DNA of 64,000 bases from assembly GCA_963771795.1 (NCBI GenBank), contig CAVYUR010000006.1, forward strand, positions 737,661 to 801,660, read 5' to 3'. This DNA comes from an uncultured Chloroflexia bacterium (GTDB lineage: Bacteria; Chloroflexota; Limnocylindria; Limnocylindrales; CSP1-4). A program made the position numbers and the translations under genes. The notes beneath the pieces are model-generated. The model saw only the letters and a program-made list of their open reading frames with translations, ran no database searches and had not been told where the DNA came from. How positions within the stretch are numbered: position 1 is the first letter of the stretch; each line of letters opens with the position of its first letter. Positions 38,386 to 47,581 of this stretch are shown here, in pieces.

Positions 38386-41300
38386 TCAAGCGAGAACGTG
38401 TCCAGGATCGGATTCCGTCCAACGGAAGCGCTCTTCTAGAGCGCTGGCGTCATCGGCTGCGATGTAGCCGTGATCGAGGAGCTCCGCCGCGACTCGGCCC
38501 AAGGCCATGCGGACGCCGTAGGCGCGCGGGCGCACGTACGGAAGTCGAAGGCTGATGTCATCCAAGTTCGCCATGAGAGCGGACTCGTGACCTTCGTCGA
38601 GTGTTTGGCCGAAACCAATCGCACGCATTAGTTCGACAACCCGCAACGCGATCGTCGCCCGCGACAGGCCGGCCAACCGCGAGAGGATTGCTATCTCCCC
38701 CTCGAAGCCCCCGGTGATGTCGGCAGCCTCGTTGGTCGCGACGAGAGGCCGCCCATCTTCGGGCAGGAGTCGCGGGCGAATCAGCCGTCGGCTGGCTGAC
38801 GGTGGGACGGCGATGCGGTAGGTGGCAGGCACCTCTGTGGCGGGCTGCGCCGGCGCAAGGTCGTTCGAGTCCGCGCCGAGCAAGCGCAACGCCCCGAGGC
38901 GGACATCGAGACTTGGTGATCGTCGCAACTCATCCAGGGTCTCGCGGAATGGAGCGATTCTCTCGGGACTGCTCTCGCGGACGATCTCCAGGACCGTGAT
39001 CGCCAACGTCGTCTGGATCGGGTTGCTGATCAGCAGCTCGGACACGGTCGCGATTGCTGCGGGCGCCCCAGTTGCCACCTCTTCCGCCAAGGACTCCCGC
39101 GTGAGTTGGGCAAGAAGCGCCACTGGATGATCCAGCCATTGGCCCGCCAAATCGGCGAGCACTTGATCCGGCGTCCGGCGCGCTAGTCCCTGGAATGTGG
39201 GCTCTGGGCGTTCACGCGAGAGCTCCAGGAGGCCCTCGAGGTAGGGCCCGAGCGCTGCCCAGACCTCCCGATCTACGCTACTCGCCGTAAGGTGCGGCAG
39301 GACATCTTCAAGGCTTCGCATCAAAGCGGAGCCATCGATGGCCCCGGATCCAATGTCGAGGGCGAGCGTCTCACGAGCGAGGTCCCGAGCACGAACCTCG
39401 TCGATCTGGCGTAGAAGGTCGAGCGTCTCCAGTACTGACCCGTCATCCCAGTTGCGGTCCCACCCGTGCGGATTGCGCCGCTCCAGGGACGCCTCGGCGA
39501 GTGCGGCAGCCGCACGGTGGTGGCCGCGAGCCAAGAGAGTGTCCCCCGCAACGGTCAAGGCGACTGATGGCCCAGCCGGGAGTCGTTCTCGCAGCGAGCG
39601 CAGTTCCTCGTCGGTCGCCTCCCCCAGGAACGGCGCCATTCGGCGTCGGATCGCCCGCGAGGATGGGAAGCGCTCCGCGGCGAGGGACTCAACGAGCTCG
39701 TCGAACGTCCGAGGTTCGGCGTCTTCCGTGGGACGGGTGATGGGCGAGCCTTCGTCGACCGGCTCCGCTGGCGGGATCATCGCCTCGAGGAAGTTAACTG
39801 GGAGCATGCCATTCGGCGTCGTGCCCTCGAGGAGCTCAGCGGCCCATGCGCGCCGCGTCGCTCGGCGCCCATAGGGAATGAGCCGATCAGCCAGGAAGCT
39901 TGCGGCTTGGCTGGTGCCCGCGGCCGCTAGCCGTTGTGCCATCGTTCGCGCCAGCTCGCTGCTGGCCTCGCGCTCGAACGGGATGACCCAAGCGCTCGCG
40001 TAGCGTGCGACGCTGTCGACGGCAGCGCCAGCGTCGAGGGCGGCTGCCAAAATCGTGGCCGCGCCGCCGGCGAACGTCAGCGCGCCCCGCGCCGAGAGCC
40101 ACTCGACCAGCTCCATGGCCCACGATGGCTCGGAGCGGAACGCAATTCGCACGATGTTCCTGGCCGCGAGCTCGGTGGCACGGCCCTCCGTCGTCTCGTC
40201 GAGGTCCGGCAGCGCTGCGGCAATCACAGCGATCCGGGCTGCCGCGTCATCCGGCTCGAGTCGATTGACTCGATCGAGCCAGGCCAACCACCACTCGAGC
40301 TGGTAATCCTTGCGATACCCGACGCTGAAACTCGTCCGAAGCGCCCGGTCGACAAACTCGCTGGCAACGTCGGTGTCGCCGAACACGAGGCGGGCCTGCG
40401 CCCGTTCGACCCACGTCAGGAATCGGGAGTTCGCGTCGGGCGGAGCCTCAGCCTCCTCGAGCCGCTCGAGCCAGGACCGCAACCTCGTCTGGTACGGTCC
40501 CGCTTGGACGAAGGACACGAGGATCGCCCGTCGCAGCTCCTCGGACCAGAAGAGCGTTGGTCGCCGCCACTCTTCCTCGAACACGTCGAGCAACATGTCG
40601 AGATGGGCAGTCCCGTGCCTCGCTGTCAACGTAACGAGCGCCTCATGCGCTTCGCGGCGGATGCCTGAGAGTTCGTAGCTCTCGTGAGAAGGCCGATCGG
40701 GCCTCGGCAGGAACGCTCGCAGCACTGCGAGCGCGAGCTCCTGGAACGTCCAGACGCTCAGGCTATGCGTGACCGCCGTACCTGCCACGCGCCCCAGGAG
40801 AAAGACGACCCTGCCAATCCGCTCGTCCACCCTGGCTCCCAGGAGCGGGACCACATCCTCGAGGGCAGGCGTCTCACCGACCGCAAAGCGGAGAGCGATC
40901 CACGAAATCCATGGGTAATACGGGCCAAGGCCCTCGTTGCCGAAGCGAAGCTCGACCTCGCCTGGTGGCTGGAGCCCGGACGCCACTTCGGCGGCATGAG
41001 GATTGCCAGCGGCCACAAGCTCCAACGCCAGGGCATATCCGACATCAGTCGGGACACCAGCCGGCCAGATGTCGGACATTGCCTCATCGAGAACGTCGCG
41101 TGCGGCCTGAGTATCTCCATCCAGTCGATGGTGGCGGGCTGCCTGCACGAGAACCTGCGCGCGAACTGCGCGCTCTGGATCGACGTCCGTTCTGAGTCGG
41201 CGCGTCAGTCTCAGACTTCCATGGATATCTCCACGAGCGATTAACTCGTCTGCTGCCGCCGCTGAGAATGCGGGCACGAGAGCCGCTCGATCAGGATCTC

Positions 41301-43023
41301 CGCGCCCAACCTCGGCGACCATTTCCTCGAGTCGCTCGATGGGCACCAAGTAGGCGGCAGTTCGGCTCCATTTTCGAAGACCAGGCGGCAGACGATGCCC
41401 GTCGGCTGGGTCGTTTCGATCCGAGGGAAAGCCCATCGAGTCGAAGATTTCCCGCGCCGCGTCGTCGTAGCCCGCACGCGCCAGAGCCAGAGCCGCCTCG
41501 CGATCAACGTCTTCCTGCGACCCGACCCTCGCGGGCTGTCGGGCGTATTCGATGACACTGGCAGCGTCGCCGAGTCGGGCGAGCACTCGCACGAGGGGCT
41601 CTCTCTCGATAATGTTACCGCGCTGCTCAAGCTCAGAGTCAACGAGCAACAGTCGGACCAGATCACCAATCCGCCGGCGACGAACGGCTACCGCCGCGAG
41701 AAGTCGGACATCGCGAACGATCGCCTCTGGAGGTCGTCGCCTTATGTACTGCTCTCGGAAGTAGTCATAGCTCGCAAGGCTCAAGGCCCCTTCCTCGTTG
41801 CCCGCCATGAGACGGTGATAGAGGAGATCGGGGGAGCCAGGTTCGCCCTCACGCCATGCCGCGAGTCGCTGGTGGCATGCCACGTCGTCTAGGTGTGTCC
41901 GATCGACAATGAACTGCCGAAAACTGTCGTGGAAGAAGGTCCAGCGGTGCGCCGTGGGGCGGCGGAAGTAGTGCCCAACGCGCTCGGCGATGCGGGTGGC
42001 CAAGCCTGGTGCGTTGAGGTGCGCGACCAGGGACGGGACATCGATTGGCCCACGGATTCGCGCGAGCAGCGCCAGGGCGTCCGCCACGTCGCGCTCTTCC
42101 GACAGCGTCGTCCAATACGCTAAGTAATGGCTGGCAAGGTCGCCTGCGTATGGGGGAAACGAGGCGAGCCTTCTGTCTCGCTCGTCGATGGTCGGCACGC
42201 CGGCGAGATATCGCAGGGCGTAGGTCAGTGAAAGGGGATGACCCCCCACGAGATCCTTGATGCGCTCCGCCTGTCGATCGGCTAGCGGCGGATCCAGGCC
42301 CCAGGCGTCGATGACCTCCTGAACCCGAGCCGCGTCCAGCTGGCCCAGTTCGATCCGTCGATCCGTCTCCGAGACCTGCTGGCGAACAGTCGCGGGCATT
42401 GCATCAAGGTCGGTCGTCTGCGACCCGAGAAGGACCAAGACGCCTCGTGGTATCTCGTGTGCTTCTGGGAGCTCAGCGAGAAGTGGGCGGTCCGGAACCG
42501 GCTGCCTCGCGGTGTGGTCGAGACCATCGATGAGGAAGATGGTTCGGCTTCCGGTTTCCTCGAAGTGCTGGCCAATCTGACGGAGTTGGTGGCGGAGCTC
42601 CTCCCGTAGCCACTGCGGATCATCCCGAGGAAGCCGACGCGAACGGAAACCGAGGCGACGAAGATCGACAACCAGGTCGTTGAGAAGCGCCACGGCTTCC
42701 CCGCGCGCGGCCCCCGCCGTGTCGCCGGGAACGAAGGCGTAGTACCTGATCACCTGCTCACGCCGAACGCGAAGCGCCTCCGTCAGGAGCGAACTCTTCC
42801 CGGTGCCCGGGGGACCGACAACGGCCGCGTAGCCATGGATTCCGCTGCCAAGCAAGGTCTCGAGACGAGAGCGTGCATCTCGTGGAGCGCGGTAGACCCG
42901 GGCGTCCACTGGGAACTCGTGTCGGTGTCGTTGGCGGTAGAGATGCGCCCAACCAAGCCGCTCGAGCAACTCGTCGCGGGACAGCTCAACGATCCGAGCG
43001 GGCGATGCCACGGTCTGCCACAA
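38386..43023 (-). CDS. STAND-class P-loop NTPase (NB-ARC/NACHT-like) with a ~1,000-aa helical C-terminal region; main body of an Avs-like gene
   Basis: Walker A VVGPPGTGKSS (about 42793-42816), Walker B IFLIDGLDH (about 42514-42540), GxP-type motif GGHPLSLTYAL (about 42226-42246), FHDSFRQF winged-helix-like block. The rest is long Leu/Ala/Arg-rich helical sequence. 1,545 codons are uninterrupted. Confidence 0.85.
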   Translation of the reverse strand: MWQTVASPARIVELSRDELLERLGWAHLYRQRHRHEFPVDARVYRAPRDARSRLETLLGSGIHGYAAVVGPPGTGKSSLLTEALRVRREQVIRYYAFVPGDTAGAARGEAVALLNDLVVDLRRLGFRSRRLPRDDPQWLREELRHQLRQIGQHFEETGSRTIFLIDGLDHTARQPVPDRPLLAELPEAHEIPRGVLVLLGSQTTDLDAMPATVRQQVSETDRRIELGQLDAARVQEVIDAWGLDPPLADRQAERIKDLVGGHPLSLTYALRYLAGVPTIDERDRRLASFPPYAGDLASHYLAYWTTLSEERDVADALALLARIRGPIDVPSLVAHLNAPGLATRIAERVGHYFRRPTAHRWTFFHDSFRQFIVDRTHLDDVACHQRLAAWREGEPGSPDLLYHRLMAGNEEGALSLASYDYFREQYIRRRPPEAIVRDVRLLAAVAVRRRRIGDLVRLLLVDSELEQRGNIIEREPLVRVLARLGDAASVIEYARQPARVGSQEDVDREAALALARAGYDDAAREIFDSMGFPSDRNDPADGHRLPPGLRKWSRTAAYLVPIERLEEMVAEVGRGDPDRAALVPAFSAAAADELIARGDIHGSLRLTRRLRTDVDPERAVRAQVLVQAARHHRLDGDTQAARDVLDEAMSDIWPAGVPTDVGYALALELVAAGNPHAAEVASGLQPPGEVELRFGNEGLGPYYPWISWIALRFAVGETPALEDVVPLLGARVDERIGRVVFLLGRVAGTAVTHSLSVWTFQELALAVLRAFLPRPDRPSHESYELSGIRREAHEALVTLTARHGTAHLDMLLDVFEEEWRRPTLFWSEELRRAILVSFVQAGPYQTRLRSWLERLEEAEAPPDANSRFLTWVERAQARLVFGDTDVASEFVDRALRTSFSVGYRKDYQLEWWLAWLDRVNRLEPDDAAARIAVIAAALPDLDETTEGRATELAARNIVRIAFRSEPSWAMELVEWLSARGALTFAGGAATILAAALDAGAAVDSVARYASAWVIPFEREASSELARTMAQRLAAAGTSQAASFLADRLIPYGRRATRRAWAAELLEGTTPNGMLPVNFLEAMIPPAEPVDEGSPITRPTEDAEPRTFDELVESLAAERFPSSRAIRRRMAPFLGEATDEELRSLRERLPAGPSVALTVAGDTLLARGHHRAAAALAEASLERRNPHGWDRNWDDGSVLETLDLLRQIDEVRARDLARETLALDIGSGAIDGSALMRSLEDVLPHLTASSVDREVWAALGPYLEGLLELSRERPEPTFQGLARRTPDQVLADLAGQWLDHPVALLAQLTRESLAEEVATGAPAAIATVSELLISNPIQTTLAITVLEIVRESSPERIAPFRETLDELRRSPSLDVRLGALRLLGADSNDLAPAQPATEVPATYRIAVPPSASRRLIRPRLLPEDGRPLVATNEAADITGGFEGEIAILSRLAGLSRATIALRVVELMRAIGFGQTLDEGHESALMANLDDISLRLPYVRPRAYGVRMALGRVAAELLDHGYIAADDASALEERFRWTESDPGHVLA

Positions 43024-43674
43024 AAGCGTGGCGACGTCGGTTGCCCGATCGGGAGTCCACCGGATCCGCTTGCGAAGGGTGAGCGCTCGATCGCGAAGCC
43101 GAACTCAAGTTCGCAAGAAGCGACGAAGTCGTCGAATTCGTCGGGGTTAAGGCCAGTAGCCACGATGCAGTTGTCCCAGGCCTGACCCCAGTTGCTGGCT
43201 GCATCCGGCCGTCCATTCGCCCGAAGCGGCCATACCTCGCGTGCGAAGCGCTCGAGCGAACCCGACCCGGGATCGGCGACCGATGGATAGTCATTGGTGA
43301 TCAGGTGCACCACAACTCGACGATCTGGGTTCTGAGACCGAAGCCTCTGCCAGCCATCGGCGAGCTGTGCGAGGAGACCCGGCGACTGGTCGTCCGCGTC
43401 GAGGATTCGCCCCCAAGAGGTCGAAGCTGGCGTCCTCGACCACTTGACCTGGTATCCATCGAGTCGACCCCGGGGTCAGGACCTGCAAATCGTCGACGCG
43501 CCCCGCTGTGGGATCGGCGAGGCGAATGGCCTCAAGGTCCGCGTCCAGGGCGTCGAGGATCAGGACGCCGGCGACGGTGTACTGCGCGGCATAACCCGCG
43601 ACGGCACGGCGCTCGCCCTCGGCCGGTGGAGTGGGCGGGCGACGCGGCGTCGGGCGAGGCACGGGCTGGGTCAT
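43024..43674 (-). CDS. 5' portion of the same gene in two other frames: PD-(D/E)xK (Cap4/DUF4297-like) nuclease domain
   Basis: From ATG 43674: MTQPV...RRAVAGYAAQYTVAGVLILDALDADLEAIRLADPTAGRVDDLQVLTPG. After a frame change at the CCCCGGGG run (about 43463-43475) it continues RLDGYQVKWSRT...RRVVVHLITNDYPSVADPGSGSLERFAREVW...FVASCELEFGFAIERSP. A second frame change at about 43050-43075 joins it to the NTPase frame. G-aromatic-x-x-Q, DD and QxK form a restriction-endonuclease-fold pattern. Confidence 0.55.
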
Positions 43675-43846
43675 AGCTCGCAGACGACGGCGATCATCGT
43701 CGAGATCCGCCTCCAATGGGTCGCGCGCGGGCCATTGAACACGATCCTGGCGCACCTCCGTGACACCTTACCTGTCGCGGCCCTGGAGCGAGAGTGCCTT
43801 CGCCGGATGCGTCGCTGCTTGGTAGTCGGCCCAGATACACGCAGAC

Positions 43847-44077
43847 GTGAGGGCGCATTCGCGGGCTAACCCGTCCGCGCACGCGCTCGAGCTGCTAGTC
43901 CGAGGTGACGAGTGGCACTCGCTGCCGCACATCGCCGGAGCCGAGCTTCAGCGAGCATTGGAGCTCTTGCGTGTTGCTGATGCAACCACGCGCGCTGTCG
44001 TCCGGAGGACGGTCGACGTGCTCGGCGAGCAGGGTTTTCTCCAATATCGAGAACTGTTGCCGGCCACCGACGAGTAG
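43847..44077 (+). CDS. Possible small hypothetical protein
   Basis: 76-codon ORF with protein-like composition (LLVRGDEWHSLPHIAGAELQRALELLRVADATTRAVV...). No motif and no clear RBS. Confidence 0.2.
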   Translation: MRAHSRANPSAHALELLVRGDEWHSLPHIAGAELQRALELLRVADATTRAVVRRTVDVLGEQGFLQYRELLPATDE

Positions 44078-44079
44078 CG

Positions 44080-44346
44080 CTAATCACCCTTTGGACGGAG
44101 CCAGCCAAATAGGGTTCGCACCAGCGAGCGCTGTCCCCGGCCGGCGGAGTTTGCGTGGATCTCATCCTCGGCCCAGTTGCGAGCCCACGCGACGCGATTG
44201 GCGGACAGCTCGGGCTGTTTGCCGCGCAGTCTGCCCTTGGCTCGTGCGACCGCGGCTCGATTGCGGCTGGTGACAGCGTTCTTACCAACACCCCAGAGAC
44301 GGCGGCGGCCTTCGGGAGTGAGGGGAGCGTTCGCGTGGGTAGACAT
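44080..44346 (-). mobile_element. IS481-like transposase N-terminal HTH remnant
   Basis: The 88-codon ORF begins MSTHANAPLTPEGRRRL, the characteristic IS481-family N-terminus (M.HANA.LTP.GR). No DDE catalytic domain follows and there is only ~320 nt before the next feature. Confidence 0.4.
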
Positions 44347-44688
44347 AGCTGCTCGCGCTCACGTCGTGGCTGGGTGTCTACCCGCACCTCGCTCGGGTTT
44401 TGTATGCCGTGCATGCTCTCAGAGGCCACCGACACCTCGTGTCGCAGAAGGTAGTCGAGTCCCGGGGTGAGTCCGTGCGCTGGCTGCCCAGTTGACGAGC
44501 CCGCGGCAAGGTCCGCGTCATCGGAGCCCCCGTCATGGGGAAGGGATCGCAGGCTTGCAGATCGCGTTCGCGCCAACACGCGGCGAGACTCCGGAACTCA
44601 GGAGTCGCCGCTCACCGACCGATGCTGACGTGGCCGATGGGCCTGCGTTCCGAAGCGACCCACGGTCGCGACCTGATCAGTCGACGGG

Positions 44689-45504
44689 TTACTGGTTGAA
44701 GAACGTCTTCAGTACACGGGCCATGAGTTCGGGGGCGACGACGTGTCCCTGCCCGTCGAGCGTGTGTCGTTCGGTCTGGGGGATGGCAGCGGTTATCGCT
44801 TTCGCGGCGCGGTCGAAGAAGTCGGTCGGGAGGCCTGCCAACTGGGGCTCGGTGATCGGACCCTCGGTGGTCACCAGGACCGACTGAGTGATGCGGGCAA
44901 GTCGGTTCGTGGGGATCTTGTAGCCATTGAGGACCACGGCGTCCTTGACGAGCGTGTGGGCGAGCGCGACGGACGAGGCCCAGAGCGGGTGCTGTTTGTC
45001 AGCCGCGATGTCCGCGTCGGGTCCGCCGGTAAGCCTCATGAACAGTTCCAGGAGCTCCTCGTCCCGGCCGGCTTTGTATGCCTCGTGGGTGTCCGCGAGG
45101 TACTGGTTGAACCTCGGCCACAGGTCGTCCCCGATCACGTACGGCACATCCCACACCGCGATCTTGTCGATCGCCGAACCTGCCGCTGCTGCCTCCAGCG
45201 CGAGGGCGCCGCCAGATGAGGCGCCGTACACGTGAGCTGAGCCGCCGGCTGTCGCAATCAGCGCGTCGAGGTCTTCCACCTCCCGCGCCACGGCGTACGG
45301 CGGTGTATTGCCGCTGGCGCCCCGGCCGCGTCGTGCGTAATTGTAGACCGTGAAATGGTTGGCAAGGAGCCGGGCCAGCGGCGCGTTCTCAGCGCCGTCG
45401 TCTAGGGTGCCGCCGACGAGGATCACCGCCGGGCCAGTGCCTTTCCGGTCGTAGGCGATCCTCGTACCGTCGGCGGACGTCACACGAAGTGTCATCTCGT
45501 TCAC
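44689..45504 (-). CDS. Alpha/beta hydrolase
   Basis: RIAYDRKGTGPAVILVGG, nucleophile elbow GASSGG. GTG 45504 follows GGAGAG. Confidence 0.85.
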   Translation of the reverse strand: MNEMTLRVTSADGTRIAYDRKGTGPAVILVGGTLDDGAENAPLARLLANHFTVYNYARRGRGASGNTPPYAVAREVEDLDALIATAGGSAHVYGASSGGALALEAAAAGSAIDKIAVWDVPYVIGDDLWPRFNQYLADTHEAYKAGRDEELLELFMRLTGGPDADIAADKQHPLWASSVALAHTLVKDAVVLNGYKIPTNRLARITQSVLVTTEGPITEPQLAGLPTDFFDRAAKAITAAIPQTERHTLDGQGHVVAPELMARVLKTFFNQ

Positions 45505-45627
45505 TGCTTCTCTCCATTTCTCGATGCGTGGTCGTCACGTCGGAGCATGTCGACCAGAAGGAACTGGTTGGTCATGGCCGCGCCGACCATCACGGCGGCT
45601 AGTCTGAGCTCTTTGCTCCTGCCCCAT

Positions 45628-45657
45628 TAGTGCTAACGTAGCACCTACTAGTGCTTA
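45628..45657. promoter_or_regulatory. Candidate HxlR-type operator in the divergent hydrolase/regulator intergenic region
   Basis: Palindrome GTGCTA-ACG-TAGCAC (45630-45644). Direct repeat TAGTGCT at 45628-45634 and 45649-45655, 21 bp apart. Confidence 0.35.
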
Positions 45658-45684
45658 CAATAGACTCTGATCGTGGAGGTGTCA

Positions 45685-46383
45685 ATGCGCGGCGAACGCA
45701 GCTACGACGATCCGTGTGGTATCGCGCGGGCGCTCGACCTGGTGGGTGAACGATGGGCGCTGCTGTTGGTCCGAGAGCTCGTCTTCGGGCCCAAACGCTT
45801 CACCGATGTTCGCCGGGGTCTGCCCGGGGCCAGCCAGAACGTCCTCGCGCAACGGCTCCGTGAGCTACGGCGAGACGGCATCGTGGAACAGATCCGACTC
45901 GGGCCTCCCGCCGCCACCCGGGCGTACCGGCTGACCGAGCGTGGGCGCGGCCTCGAACCGATCCTGCTGGAGTTAGCCCGCTGGGGCAGTGACCTGCCGA
46001 TCACATCCGGCGCGGAGTTGAGCACCGACGCATTGATGTTCGCACTCCGCGCGACCTACCGGCCACGGACTCGCTCGACTCGACGTGTCGAGTACGAACT
46101 CCAGCTCGAGCCGGACCGGTTCCAAGTTGTCCTGGACGGTCCGGAGATCCAGGTCGCCCGCGCCGCCGCGGTCTCGCCGGACGCTGTAATCACCACCAGC
46201 CCGCCCATCCTGCGCGATCTGATCTATACCGGACGCCCGCTGGACCAGGCCATCGCCGACAACCTGATCATGATCGCAGGCAACCGGAGGGCCATCGTCC
46301 GGCTGATCGGCTCCTTCCGGCAGCCCCCGCTACCCATCGATCCAGACGCCAGTACGCTCCCTCGCCCGAATGACGGCAGCTGA
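45685..46383 (+). CDS. HxlR-family winged-helix regulator with a C-terminal SCP2-like extension
   Basis: CGIARALDLVGERWALLLVRELVFGPKRFTDVRRGLPGASQNVLAQRLRELRRDGIV is the HxlR signature. ATG 45685 follows GGAGG. Confidence 0.88.
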   Translation: MRGERSYDDPCGIARALDLVGERWALLLVRELVFGPKRFTDVRRGLPGASQNVLAQRLRELRRDGIVEQIRLGPPAATRAYRLTERGRGLEPILLELARWGSDLPITSGAELSTDALMFALRATYRPRTRSTRRVEYELQLEPDRFQVVLDGPEIQVARAAAVSPDAVITTSPPILRDLIYTGRPLDQAIADNLIMIAGNRRAIVRLIGSFRQPPLPIDPDASTLPRPNDGS

Positions 46384-46832
46384 GCAAACCCACCGACAAT
46401 CGGAACCCTGGAGTGGGAACCCGGTCCGAGAGCGCTCCGAGCTGCTCGCGCCGCCAGTGGTCCCGACCGACACCGAGCTCACCCCTGCTGCTCGGGCCTC
46501 GGCCCGTCTCGCCTCCGCTTGCCCGAGCTCCATGCGCACGAGCGGCGCTAGCTCGTCGAGGCGTGTGTCGCGCGCGTAGATCTGTCGCCGTTCCCCGGTG
46601 GCGGTGAATAGCTCAGCATCGGAGTGGCGAGGCTCGGTACGTCCCACCATCAGACCATGGACGTCTGTCGCGACAGCTAGCCTGTCACGACCGTTGAGCC
46701 ACGAGCGCGAGGACTGGCCGGAACGTTCCTGGTGAACTCCGTCCTTTGAGGGGATCCCGGCGATGGCGCGCGCCTTCGACGTCGTGATCGATAACCAGCT
46801 GATCGCCCGAGCGCCTCGCCGATCGTGTCGCG

Positions 46833-47123
46833 TTATCCGGCTCGGAGCTCGTGCAGCCGGCGAGAGACCTCGAGTAACCGCAGGTCGGCGAGGAATTCGG
46901 AGACCGTTGCCTCCCCCAGCCAATCGACGCTAGCCACGATCGCCGCTCGGGCGGTGGGCCCAATCCCGGTGACCCGACGACCGCTCGAGTCCGCGACCGA
47001 GATCCATCGAACAGCCGACCTCTGCAGCCGCACATCGACCCCGACTCCCACACGATCGGCCACGAGCCGGAAACGAAGAACGTCGGTCGGCGAGTCAGAG
47101 TGGGTCCCATCGGAAGAGGTCAT
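46833..47123 (-). CDS. Hypothetical small protein
   Basis: From ATG 47123: MTSSDGTHSDSPTDVLRFRLVADRVGVGVDVRLQRSAVRWISVADSSGRRVTGIGPTARAAIVASVDWLGEATVSEFLADLRLLEVSRRLHELRAG. Protein-like composition, no family recognised. Confidence 0.4.
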   Translation of the reverse strand: MTSSDGTHSDSPTDVLRFRLVADRVGVGVDVRLQRSAVRWISVADSSGRRVTGIGPTARAAIVASVDWLGEATVSEFLADLRLLEVSRRLHELRAG

Positions 47124-47295
47124 CGCGGCTGAACTTAGGGCGGTGCTGTGACAGCTTGGCTGGCACGAGGTGTCGACGACTCCAGCCTCTCGCGTTGGAA
47201 CGCGTAGTCGCTGCGCATCGCGCTGGTAGAGGCAACGGCTCAGGTCGCGGTAGACTCGGGTGGCCCGATAGGGCAACAGACTCATCCGGTCTTGC

Positions 47296-47337
47296 GGATG
47301 GGCATCTGACTCATTTTGGGATGGGCACCTGATTCAT
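47296..47337 (+). repeat. Tandem imperfect 19-bp direct repeats upstream of the recombinase gene
   Basis: GGATGGGCATCTGACTCAT (47296-47314) and GGATGGGCACCTGATTCAT (47319-47337), 17/19 identical. The core GCA(C/T)CTGA(C/T)TC also matches the anticodon arm of the adjacent tRNA-Gln fragment. Hairpins lie at 47283-47300 and 47315-47343. Confidence 0.6.
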
Positions 47338-47380
47338 CCCAAATACGGCGAGGCGGCAGGCCTTCCGCGAGTTCAGACGC

Positions 47381-47436
47381 TGGCGCGTGGCTCAACGGTA
47401 GAGCACCTGACTCTGGATCAGACGACCAGGTCGCGG
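47381..47436 (+). pseudogene. Truncated tRNA-Gln(CTG)-like fragment (5' two-thirds only)
   Basis: TGGCGCG-TG-GCTC-AACGGTA-GAGC-A-CCTGA-CTCTGGA-TCAGA gives an acceptor 5' strand, a D arm and an anticodon arm with anticodon CTG. The sequence after GGTCGCGG (47436) cannot form a T arm or a 3' acceptor strand. Confidence 0.55.
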
Positions 47437-47581
47437 ACTGTTCACCCGGTGTAAGATTCCCGTGAGGTACGACGACGATCCGGAGGGATCATGTCCGGTC
47501 TGCACCTCCACCCCCACCAGACCACCAACCACCGGCGGATCATGTCGTCGGTGCCCGCGTCATGGTCGTCCTGAGGGGGCA

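Noticed and set aside
43866-44579. 237-aa minus-strand ORF spanning the STAND-upstream region.
   Set aside because: It has Arg/Ser/Pro-rich junk composition, and it overlaps the IS481-like remnant ORF and the small plus-strand ORF. No motif was found.
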